Shown here piece by piece: positions 45,641 to 53,775 of a DNA stretch of 64,000 nucleotides. Within the stretch, counting starts at the first letter, position 1. Every line of letters starts with the position of its first letter. Under the pieces are notes generated by a model. It saw only the letters and a program-made list of their open reading frames with translations. It did not search any database and was not told the origin of the DNA. Source of the DNA: an uncultured Bacteroidales bacterium (GTDB lineage: Bacteria; Bacteroidota; Bacteroidia; Bacteroidales; VadinHA17); NCBI GenBank assembly GCA_963701745.1, contig CAVPBE010000001.1, forward strand, positions 662,183 to 726,182, in the 5' to 3' direction. The translations under genes and the position numbers were made by a program.

Positions 45641-48600
45641 TTAACTACAATATTAGAATTTCCTCTTACTGCATTTAAATATTCATCCGCATTTACAACT
45701 CTTGTATTGTATTCCCGGTTATATTTTTTCAATTCGGGATCATCCGGGTACTTATCACTTTCCGAGGGAGGATAATTTTTCATTCCATGGAAGGGAAGAG
45801 GCAAAACTGTACTGCCGAACGCTGTATTCAGGTCGCCATCTTTAACCCATCCCACACTGCGGATAAGGAAATCCCTTTTCCATCCTTTGGCTAATGGCGG
45901 CAATGTTGTGGCATTGAACCTGACAGTAGTTTCATCACCGGCATTTGTAATAATGTATTTGTTATCCGATTCTGATAAGAGCGGCAAGACATCACCAAAT
46001 CGTGTGTAATTTCCTGACAGATCTCTCCATTTCGGTCCATTTTTAACAACAGAGTAATCGAACCAGTGAGGTCCGTACCGGCTGCCTTTTCTGAAAGGCT
46101 CTGAGAAGCCTCTGTAGTGAAGGTCCGCACTTGAAGGTTTAAGAACATTCCTTACAACAGGTGCCTCAGGTAAATCTTCAGCGAAAAATATCTGATCCCA
46201 GTATATCTCCATATTTGTCCTGATCCTTATCCGGTGATCTTTTGTAAGGAATTTCCCTGAAAGATCATTTATTACAGTTTTATCCTTACCCATAGGAAAT
46301 CCGGCGCTGCTGATAACCGTTTCCCACTCGCCGTTTTTATTTAATACCTGAATCAAAGGAGGAGTTACTATGATATCATACGATTGAGAAATTGCAGCAT
46401 TTATACTGGCATCTGTAGGGAATATCCATCCATTCATAAAAAGAAACAATCTTCCTGACACATCAATGTTTCCCGGATCAATTATTAGATCCTTCATCTC
46501 TGTTATTCCCTGGTATTTACCTGATGTGAATCCTGAAAGGTAATTGTCATCTTTTTGAGATAAACATGATAGTACATCATTGCCCTCTGAATCTTCAGCT
46601 GAAACCGGAATATATTTCTCTTTAACAGTAAGGATCTTTAAAACCGGGAATGGGGGAGGGCCAAACTGTTCAGGAACAAAAATATCTAATGAATCGGGGT
46701 GATCCACGGCGACAAGTTCAAGTTTGTCAATATAAATGGTTTCCCAGAGTTCAGAAGTGACCTGAATTGAATAACTTCCACTCTCTTGTTTAAGCATATC
46801 ACCCGGAATTTTTAAATAATCATCCGAGGCATCTGCAAAAGCATAGGAGGTTGCCCCGCCCATTATGCCAGTTGGCATTCCAAGGGCACTTCTCCATAAT
46901 ATATCTTTCACAAATACATATTCTTGCCCATTCCATCCATAGAGAAAAGGACATGAACCTTTAAGGGTTTGCTCCTCGATAAGTGCCTGGTCGGATCCGG
47001 GCATAAAAATATTCTGAGGCACTCCGTTAGTCCATCTGATCCTGATTATATCAGCTCTCGAATTACTTCCGATTCCAAAATGGATGTTGGGATCAGTCAC
47101 AACCAATGTTTCATAGAGGTCGCCGGCACGCATCTCGACCTTCGCCCCGATTCCGAAGTGATTATTTTTAGAGCTGCCTGCTCTCAGCCCCACAAGTTTC
47201 ATAGTTATAAAATGGTTGTTATTTCCTCCGTCATTACGCAGAAGCGAAATTCCGCCATTGAGGCCTGCAACAGCAACGTCAAGGTCCCCATCGTTATTAT
47301 AGTCAAAAATTGCTATTTGTTTTCCGGCTTTTGCTTCAGCCGGAATCAGATCTGAAACATTTGTAAAACTTCCTTTTCCATCATTGTAATAAAGGAAGAT
47401 TCCACGTCCCTCCTTTTCCTGTGATTCCCCTGCCATAATAAGATCGAGGAATCCATCATTATTAAAATCCAGGAAAGAAGCATCAAATACATTTACGTTT
47501 TCAAGGGACCGGAACATTTCTGAATTATTCTTTTCTTTCTCAAAAGTACCATTGCGCAGATTCCTTAGAAGTGAATGATTCCCCGCGGAACCCGACCCGA
47601 TAAAAAGGTCAAGAAATCCGTCGTTATTGTAATCTCCGACTGTAACTGTCCCCGCTCCTTCATACCCTTTCAAGCCGCTTTCAGCAGCAATATCCTTAAA
47701 AACACCCTGCCGCTGATTTGAATATAAGCAGGGGCCAGAGTTTTTATTGACAGTTATAAAGTCGATATCCTCATCATCATCAAAATCTCCAAAAGCTGCA
47801 TCTGTGGTTATAATTCCGCCATTCTGAGGGCCAAGTTTTGTTGACTGATCTTCAAAAGTTCCGTCTCCGTTATTCCTTAGGAGCAGATTCGAATCTGACA
47901 GGATCTCAAGCAGATCAAGATCTCCGTCATGGTCCATATCAAAAAAAAGAGCCTTTTTCCCACCTGTCCTGCTTCCGGCTTTTGCCTTTTCAGTTACATC
48001 TTCAAATGTTCCTTTTCCTGTGTTCCTGTAAAGGATATCACCACCTTCCTTCATTACAAAAAGGTCAGGGAAGCCGTCATTATCATAATCGGCAAATGCT
48101 ACAGATGATTCATTTCCGGAATGATCTAAGCCTGTTTCTTTTGACACATCTGTATATTTCCCCATTTCATTATTGAACAGAAAATGTTTATATGATGAAG
48201 ATACAGGATCATAACTGCCGACATAAAGATCAATATCATCGTCACCGTCATAATCACATTCTTCGACATGAGCTGAATATTTGATTTCTGAATTTTTACC
48301 TCCTTCTGACCTCGGGACAAGATCCATACCGGCTGCCGAAGCTACATTTGTAAATCTTATAATATCCAAAAGGGAAGCATTTTCTGTTTTCCGGGGTGAT
48401 GAAGACTGTCTGTCGAAAGTTATAACAGGAAAGCCTATAAGAGATCCTCCGGGGCCCTTCAGATCCATTATCCCGGCCTGGTATGGTGAAGAAACCTTCA
48501 TATAATTGTGGAAAATCGTAAACTGGATAATTGCCTTTTCCTTATCCTTTTTTCTCAGTAATGAAAGAGTTTTATTATAGTATTCAACTGCTTCTTTTGG

Positions 48601-49218
48601 GAATTCAGGAAACTGCTTATTGATTATTTCCATCTGCTCCAGTGCCTTATCGAATTCCCCTTTCCTGATAAGAATATCTGTCAGGTTGAGACGCGGGACC
48701 AGGTTTGCGGGTGCTTTTTCGACAAGAATGTCAATATAATTTTCACGCTGTTTCTGGGAATCTTCGTCTGGAAGAGACGAAAACAATTCAGAAATATCAA
48801 AAAGTATTTTTAAATGATCAGGCGCAAATTCTAGTGCACTCTTAAGCTCTTTAATAGCCTTATCACGTTCATTGTTCATCTTGAAAACAGTGGCCAGGAT
48901 AAGTCTGATATCCGGGTCTTTCGGATCGATCTTAATAGCTTTATTCAGTTCTATTTCTGCTTCAGGATACTTGGCCATCCTTAAGTAAGTCAGCCCAAGA
49001 TTTGCATATCCAAACTTATCTTTTGGTTCAAGCTCAATAAACTTCTGGAATTCCTTTTCAGCTTCCTCCAGCTTAAACTCCTCAAGATAAGCAAGACCAA
49101 GTGTTTTAGCTGTAATAAGATCCGTCGATTTTTGTCCGGACTTTTCTCCACTGTTCCTGCATCCAGGAAATAATAAGATTAAAACTGTGGTAAGTAATAT
49201 AAGGTAACTCTTTTTCAT
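45637..49218 (-). CDS. Large lipoprotein: TPR repeats plus FG-GAP/VCBS repeats plus ASPIC/UnbV, with a ~445-aa uncharacterised C-terminal region
   Basis: 1193 aa. Lipobox LLFPGC, N-terminal TPR region, DYDNDGFPDLF-type repeats and an UnbV-like region (NHFITMKLVG...RIRWTNG). The C-terminal region starts near GSCPFLYGWNG. ATGA overlap with the next gene. Confidence 0.8.
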   Translation of the reverse strand: MKKSYLILLTTVLILLFPGCRNSGEKSGQKSTDLITAKTLGLAYLEEFKLEEAEKEFQKFIELEPKDKFGYANLGLTYLRMAKYPEAEIELNKAIKIDPKDPDIRLILATVFKMNNERDKAIKELKSALEFAPDHLKILFDISELFSSLPDEDSQKQRENYIDILVEKAPANLVPRLNLTDILIRKGEFDKALEQMEIINKQFPEFPKEAVEYYNKTLSLLRKKDKEKAIIQFTIFHNYMKVSSPYQAGIMDLKGPGGSLIGFPVITFDRQSSSPRKTENASLLDIIRFTNVASAAGMDLVPRSEGGKNSEIKYSAHVEECDYDGDDDIDLYVGSYDPVSSSYKHFLFNNEMGKYTDVSKETGLDHSGNESSVAFADYDNDGFPDLFVMKEGGDILYRNTGKGTFEDVTEKAKAGSRTGGKKALFFDMDHDGDLDLLEILSDSNLLLRNNGDGTFEDQSTKLGPQNGGIITTDAAFGDFDDDEDIDFITVNKNSGPCLYSNQRQGVFKDIAAESGLKGYEGAGTVTVGDYNNDGFLDLFIGSGSAGNHSLLRNLRNGTFEKEKNNSEMFRSLENVNVFDASFLDFNNDGFLDLIMAGESQEKEGRGIFLYYNDGKGSFTNVSDLIPAEAKAGKQIAIFDYNNDGDLDVAVAGLNGGISLLRNDGGNNNHFITMKLVGLRAGSSKNNHFGIGAKVEMRAGDLYETLVVTDPNIHFGIGSNSRADIIRIRWTNGVPQNIFMPGSDQALIEEQTLKGSCPFLYGWNGQEYVFVKDILWRSALGMPTGIMGGATSYAFADASDDYLKIPGDMLKQESGSYSIQVTSELWETIYIDKLELVAVDHPDSLDIFVPEQFGPPPFPVLKILTVKEKYIPVSAEDSEGNDVLSCLSQKDDNYLSGFTSGKYQGITEMKDLIIDPGNIDVSGRLFLFMNGWIFPTDASINAAISQSYDIIVTPPLIQVLNKNGEWETVISSAGFPMGKDKTVINDLSGKFLTKDHRIRIRTNMEIYWDQIFFAEDLPEAPVVRNVLKPSSADLHYRGFSEPFRKGSRYGPHWFDYSVVKNGPKWRDLSGNYTRFGDVLPLLSESDNKYIITNAGDETTVRFNATTLPPLAKGWKRDFLIRSVGWVKDGDLNTAFGSTVLPLPFHGMKNYPPSESDKYPDDPELKKYNREYNTRVVNADEYLNAVRGNSNIVVK

Positions 49219-49268
49219 GCCATCAAAATTAGCAAATAAAACAAAATCATATCCCGACTAATTATAGG

Positions 49269-49448
49269 AGATTCCTCATTTCGCCAACCTTCACTATGTT
49301 CAGTTTGGCTCCATTCGGAATGACATGGACTTTTATAATTATTGGGAGTAGGGAAGCAGGGGCGTTTCGAATCCTCGAAACGCCCCTGCTTCCCTACTCC
49401 CAATCAAAAAAAAGCAACAATGTCATCCTGAACGAAGTGAAGGATCTC
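49269..49448. repeat. Nested palindromic element with a 30-bp perfect hairpin
   Basis: attgggagtagggaagcaggggcgtttcga (49341-49370) is the exact reverse complement of 49375-49404, with the 4-nt loop atcc. It is flanked by imperfect inverted copies of the motif tgtcatcctgaacgaagtgaaggatctc (49420-49448; degenerate inverse at 49269-49325). Confidence 0.8.
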
Positions 49449-49493
49449 ATAGTATTATATATCAATAGGTTAATGAATATTGTCATTCAAAGG

Positions 49494-50798
49494 TCAGCGA
49501 GGAATCTCATTTTTAAAAGTGATAGGTACGCCATTCATTGTTTTCATTATTTCAAATTTTCCTTTACGGTTGCCTTTATCATCAAACTGAATTGGCCCGG
49601 TGACACCATTAAAGTGAATATTCTTAAGCGATTTCTGTATCATCTCGCGATCGGAATCTCCTGCTTGCCTGATAGCCTCAATAAGTAAATTCATGCAGTC
49701 ATATGCATATGATGCAACCATTCCCGGCGAATATTTGTATTTCTTTTCGAATTCCTGCCTGAATGTCAGATTTTCTGCTTTTGGCCATTCACCTGCTGGA
49801 ACTGAAAGGAAATTATCGAAATACCTCAATTCCTGGGCCGATAGTGCATTTTCATTCATTATAGTTAACGGACCAAAAACCGGCATCACAGGATTTCCCT
49901 TTTTTATTTCCCGGACTAATTCTACTGAGACTGAAGGCTGGCAGAACAAAACAATGCAACCGGCTCCTGCTTCGCTTATCTTTTCAGCCAGAATTCCTGA
50001 CCTCTGAACATAGTCTTCAAGATTGAATTTTAAAGGGTCAGGCTTTCCTTTCATCTTTACGAAATTCATGAAACTTCCAAAGCTTTTTTCGGAATCATAG
50101 TCACTCCCATGCACTAAAACTACATTTCTGTATTTCCTTATTTCATATATTTCGTTTAACATTGAAGCAGCCTGCTGATTGTCATTTGGAAAACAGTTAA
50201 AGAACCAGGGGACGAATGCCTGCGACAATGTCGGGTCACCTGACCATGCCGAAAGGAAAACCACCTGGGATTTTGTCGCTGCCTGTTCAACAAGGTGGGC
50301 ATTTCGTCCGTCGTGTAATCCGATAAGAGCCCATACTTTTTCCTCAAAAATAAGGTTTACTGCCTGTTTTGATCCGGTTCCCCAGGGACCTTCCATCGTA
50401 CGATAAACAAGCTGAAATGTCAGACCCCTGAGGCCGCCTTTTTCATTTGCATTTTTTATAGCCATTTCAGCACCATGCACAGCTGAGGAATAGCTGCTGT
50501 CCTGGACTAATAACCCGATTTTTATGTTATCGGCCCGGTTATCATTGATCTGAGAAAAAGCTGGATAATGGATGACAAATGAGGATATTACCAGGACCAG
50601 ACAGATTTGAAAGATTTTTACCCTTACCCCGATAGGTTTGTTACATTTCAGAATTTCGATAGCAAATATATTGGTGGTTCTTATTGATTTTAACCCCCTT
50701 TCAATTTCCCCCAAGGGGGAAAGGTTTTTGGCTCCTTCCCCCATGGGGGAAGGTTGGGAAGGGGGTATGTTTAAAAGGAACATAAGCAAATCAGACAA
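49494..50798 (-). CDS. LivK-type (type I, Peripla_BP_6-like) periplasmic solute-binding protein, copy 1
   Basis: Collinear with branched-chain/aromatic-acid-type SBPs (IKIGLL...AIKNANEKGG...KVWALIG...YAYDCMNLLIEAI...GVTGPIQFD). The N-terminal ~45 codons include a translated repeat element, so the start is uncertain. Confidence 0.75.
   Translation of the reverse strand: MSDLLMFLLNIPPSQPSPMGEGAKNLSPLGEIERGLKSIRTTNIFAIEILKCNKPIGVRVKIFQICLVLVISSFVIHYPAFSQINDNRADNIKIGLLVQDSSYSSAVHGAEMAIKNANEKGGLRGLTFQLVYRTMEGPWGTGSKQAVNLIFEEKVWALIGLHDGRNAHLVEQAATKSQVVFLSAWSGDPTLSQAFVPWFFNCFPNDNQQAASMLNEIYEIRKYRNVVLVHGSDYDSEKSFGSFMNFVKMKGKPDPLKFNLEDYVQRSGILAEKISEAGAGCIVLFCQPSVSVELVREIKKGNPVMPVFGPLTIMNENALSAQELRYFDNFLSVPAGEWPKAENLTFRQEFEKKYKYSPGMVASYAYDCMNLLIEAIRQAGDSDREMIQKSLKNIHFNGVTGPIQFDDKGNRKGKFEIMKTMNGVPITFKNEIPR
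50693..50769. repeat. G/C-rich element: two hairpins plus GGTTGGG..GGGGTAT box
   Basis: tttccccc-aa-gggggaaa (50705-50722), ccttccccc-at-gggggaagg (50734-50753, 9-bp perfect arms) and the box ggttgggaagggggtatg (50752-50769). Confidence 0.8.
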
Positions 50799-50927
50799 TT
50801 TTAACCTTAGATGAGAACTGTTACATGAATTGTGAAGAAATCCCTAGCTCCCGAAACTTCGGGGTTAGACTTAATGAATGGTCAGTAATTACGAATTACC
50901 TCATTCTGAGGAGACTTGCAGGCGAGT

Positions 50928-51818
50928 TCAGTTCTTTTTTGACATTTCAAAATGCTGGCAGATTTCCCTGCCTACAGCCTGTGCCACTTTTCTGAGATCA
51001 ATCATCAATCTGGTGAATTCATCAGGACTGAGTGACTGATGTCCGTCGCAAAGAGCCTCTTCGGGTTTATAATGTACCTCCATTATGAGTCCATCGGCTC
51101 CTGCCGCAACTGCTGCCTTTGCCATTGCAGGCACCATCCACCTGTGGCCTGTCCCGTGACTTGGATCTACAATAACAGGCAGATGACATAAATGTTTTAG
51201 CATCGGTACCGCGCTAAGATCCAGGGTATTTCTTGTGGTGGTCTCAAAAGTGCGTATCCCTCTTTCGCACAGTATAACCTGTTCGTTTCCCTGGTTAAGG
51301 ATATACTCGGCGGCGAGTAGAAATTCTTCTATTGTTGCCATCATTCCGCGTTTCAGCAGTACCGGTTTCCGGAGCAAGCCAACTTCCTTTAGCAGAGGAT
51401 AGTTTTGCATATTCCGTGAGCCGATCTGCAATATATCAGCATATCCGGCAACCATTTCAACCAGACGGGTGTCCATAACTTCGGTGACAATCGGCAATCC
51501 TGTTTCCTTTCTGGCCTCCATAAGTAGTTTCAGTCCTTCCTCTCCGAGTCCCTGGAAATTGTATGGGGAAGACCGGGGCTTGAAAGCACCACCTCTTAAA
51601 ATCATTCCGCCGGCTGACTTTACCGCTTTTGCTGTTTCCATCAGCTGTTCATGATTTTCCACCGAACAGGGTCCGGCGATTATAACAACCTCTGCAGACC
51701 CAATCTTTATGCCGTTCACATCCACAATTGTCGGATCAGCTTTTGATTTTCTGTTCACCCTTACCGGGACAGAACATCCTCCAATCATAGCCGGATCATT
51801 GTAATTATCTGATTCCAT
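50928..51818 (-). CDS. 3-deoxy-7-phosphoheptulonate (DAHP) synthase, type I-beta, stand-alone
   Basis: 296 aa with [30 protein letters not shown] and VDPSH motifs. There is no fused chorismate mutase or regulatory domain. Confidence 0.85.
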   Translation of the reverse strand: MESDNYNDPAMIGGCSVPVRVNRKSKADPTIVDVNGIKIGSAEVVIIAGPCSVENHEQLMETAKAVKSAGGMILRGGAFKPRSSPYNFQGLGEEGLKLLMEARKETGLPIVTEVMDTRLVEMVAGYADILQIGSRNMQNYPLLKEVGLLRKPVLLKRGMMATIEEFLLAAEYILNQGNEQVILCERGIRTFETTTRNTLDLSAVPMLKHLCHLPVIVDPSHGTGHRWMVPAMAKAAVAAGADGLIMEVHYKPEEALCDGHQSLSPDEFTRLMIDLRKVAQAVGREICQHFEMSKKN

Positions 51819-51829
51819 TGTTTATTACC

Positions 51830-53149
51830 TTAATAACCGATTTCTCTTTCGACTTTCTTATAAATTACATCACTCTTCACAAAAGGTGGAGCAGGTGAAA
51901 ATTTAAATTTGCCATTGACGCACTCAGCCATGAATATAGATCTGACATTATTCCAGGTTGCATCAAAATTAACAACGCCTGTAACACCCTGATACCCCTG
52001 GAATGTTTTAAGGTCAGTTAGCACATCACGGATAAGAGCACGATTTAATCCGGCTTTGTGTATTGCCTCAATTAAAATATTCATCCCGTCATAGGCATGA
52101 GCTGCAAAGACATCAGGTTCCATCCCAAATCTTTTTATATAGCTTGCTTTGAATGCTTTAAGTTTAGGATTATCAGCATCAGGATTGTACTGACATGTAG
52201 TTACAATTCCTTCCGCCAGATTGCCTGCAAGTTTTAGAAATTCCTGACTTACAGCTCTATCAGAAGTATAAACAGGTTGTTTCATATCCAGATCGCGGAT
52301 CTGTTGAAGGATGAGAGCTGTTTCTTTCGCATTTCCCCAAATAAGGATTGCATCAGGGGAAGTACCCTTAATGCGCTCAATACGAACTTTAAAATCCGTT
52401 TCTCCGTCTTTGAATCTTTCTTCAATAATAATCGGGTACCCTATACGCGTGGCCGAACGATTAAAATGAAGGACTCCTACCCGGCCATAACGGCTACCGG
52501 TTCTTATTACTGCCACCCGTGAGTGTTTATCCTTCCTGTAAATACGTTCAACCAATGCATAACAACTTTGCCTGTCATCAGGGATAGTTCTAATAACCCA
52601 GGGTATATTTGTCTCTGTAAAAGTCGGATCAGGGTTACCGGTACAGACATTTGGAATTTCAAGTTTCAGAGTGGCCCTTATTGCCACGTGGGATACAAAA
52701 TCGTCAATCGATCCCAGCCATGCCCACACCTTTTCATCATCCATACTTACTATCTGATTGGCTGCAGCACCCCATAGTCCAACATCATTATGAACCATCA
52801 GCTTGAATGGGATCCCTGTGTAACCTCCTTTTTTATTAGCCTCTTCAATGGCAAGCATTGATCCATTAAGCATCTGATTGCCAAGAGAAACAAGTATTGA
52901 ACCTTCAAGTGGTCCGAGAAATCCGATTCTGACCTCTTTCAGATCTTTAGGGGGTAGCTTTTCGCGTCCCGCACCATAGAACTGAATTGGCGTAAGGAAA
53001 TGATATTTATAGGCTTTCATATATTTATCATAACCAACCAGCTCATCCGGAATATTTCCATAGTTGACTATCTTTTCCTGACCATTTAATTGAAAGGGCA
53101 TTAATAAAAGGAAACCCATTAAAATACTAAACAAAAGTTTCATATTCAT
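51830..53149 (-). CDS. LivK-type periplasmic solute-binding protein, copy 2
   Basis: Signal peptide MNMKLLFSILMGFLLLMPFQLNGQ and the same family landmarks as copy 1 (AIEEANKKGG, KVWAWLG, HAYDGMNILIEAI, GVTGVVNFD). Confidence 0.8.
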   Translation of the reverse strand: MNMKLLFSILMGFLLLMPFQLNGQEKIVNYGNIPDELVGYDKYMKAYKYHFLTPIQFYGAGREKLPPKDLKEVRIGFLGPLEGSILVSLGNQMLNGSMLAIEEANKKGGYTGIPFKLMVHNDVGLWGAAANQIVSMDDEKVWAWLGSIDDFVSHVAIRATLKLEIPNVCTGNPDPTFTETNIPWVIRTIPDDRQSCYALVERIYRKDKHSRVAVIRTGSRYGRVGVLHFNRSATRIGYPIIIEERFKDGETDFKVRIERIKGTSPDAILIWGNAKETALILQQIRDLDMKQPVYTSDRAVSQEFLKLAGNLAEGIVTTCQYNPDADNPKLKAFKASYIKRFGMEPDVFAAHAYDGMNILIEAIHKAGLNRALIRDVLTDLKTFQGYQGVTGVVNFDATWNNVRSIFMAECVNGKFKFSPAPPFVKSDVIYKKVEREIGY

Positions 53150-53153
53150 AGTT

Positions 53154-53729
53154 TTAACTTATTTTACAAACAGCATATGTTTCAATTTCCACAAGAAGAG
53201 TTTCCCAGCATAACCTGGCCTGTATACCTGTACTTGCCGGAAGCGGATCGAGATTCATCCACCGGAAAAAAGAGGTGCGGATCTTATTGAAATCCTCATA
53301 ATCCCTTTCAATATCCCTGAGATAATTTGTTGTTCTGACCACATCATGCCATGTCATTCCTTCGGCCTTCAGGAGGTTTGTAATATTCACATATGTCCTC
53401 CATGTCTGGGCTCTGAAATCACCGATGTGTTCTGCTTTGCCCTCTTCGTTGACACTTGCGGTCCCTGAAATGAGCAGAATTTTATATCCTCCAAATTCAA
53501 GTCGCAAAGCTCGTGTAAATGAAGATGGCTTTTTATAATCATAGGCTTCATTGATAACCTGGGGAGCATGGACGGCAAATTTTTCAACAGGTGGACGCTC
53601 TTGATGAATAGTTGGGTAAACATATTCAGTTATGTGGTTCCCGTCTGAAAGAAACCCGAGCTTCATCATTTCATCCCGTTCTCCGTTCGTCAGCTTTGTC
53701 AGATCAATAAGTAGTTGTTTATTTTCCAT
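53154..53729 (-). CDS. Rid (YjgF/RidA)-fold protein with ~65-aa N-terminal extension, chorismatase (FkbO/Hyg5)-like
   Basis: 191 aa. The core LISGTASVNEEGKAEHIGDFRAQTWRTYVNITNLL...VVRTTNYL follows the Rid/chorismatase pattern. No signal peptide. The subfamily call is from memory and needs an HMM check. Confidence 0.55.
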   Translation of the reverse strand: MENKQLLIDLTKLTNGERDEMMKLGFLSDGNHITEYVYPTIHQERPPVEKFAVHAPQVINEAYDYKKPSSFTRALRLEFGGYKILLISGTASVNEEGKAEHIGDFRAQTWRTYVNITNLLKAEGMTWHDVVRTTNYLRDIERDYEDFNKIRTSFFRWMNLDPLPASTGIQARLCWETLLVEIETYAVCKIS

Positions 53730-53775
53730 TATGCAAATTTGAAATTTCCGTACTTTATCTCTTGTTTATATTTCA

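Noticed and set aside
49341-49413. The 30-bp hairpin as an intrinsic terminator.
   Set aside because: On the minus (coding) strand the T-run precedes rather than follows the stem, and on the plus strand it is followed by an A-run. Neither orientation matches a canonical hairpin-plus-U-tract.
49215-49688. ORFs 49215-49403 (-) and 49296-49688 (+) in the spacer between SBP1 and the TPR/FG-GAP gene.
   Set aside because: Both are translations of the 30-bp perfect palindrome and its flanking repeat motifs, or of the antisense strand of SBP1. Reading both strands of a hairpin as protein is a typical artefact.
43716-50769. The possibility that the recurrent C-run/G-run hairpins are a CRISPR array.
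   Set aside because: The copies are kilobases apart, separated by genes, and not identical in length or sequence. There are no regularly sized spacers and no cas genes.
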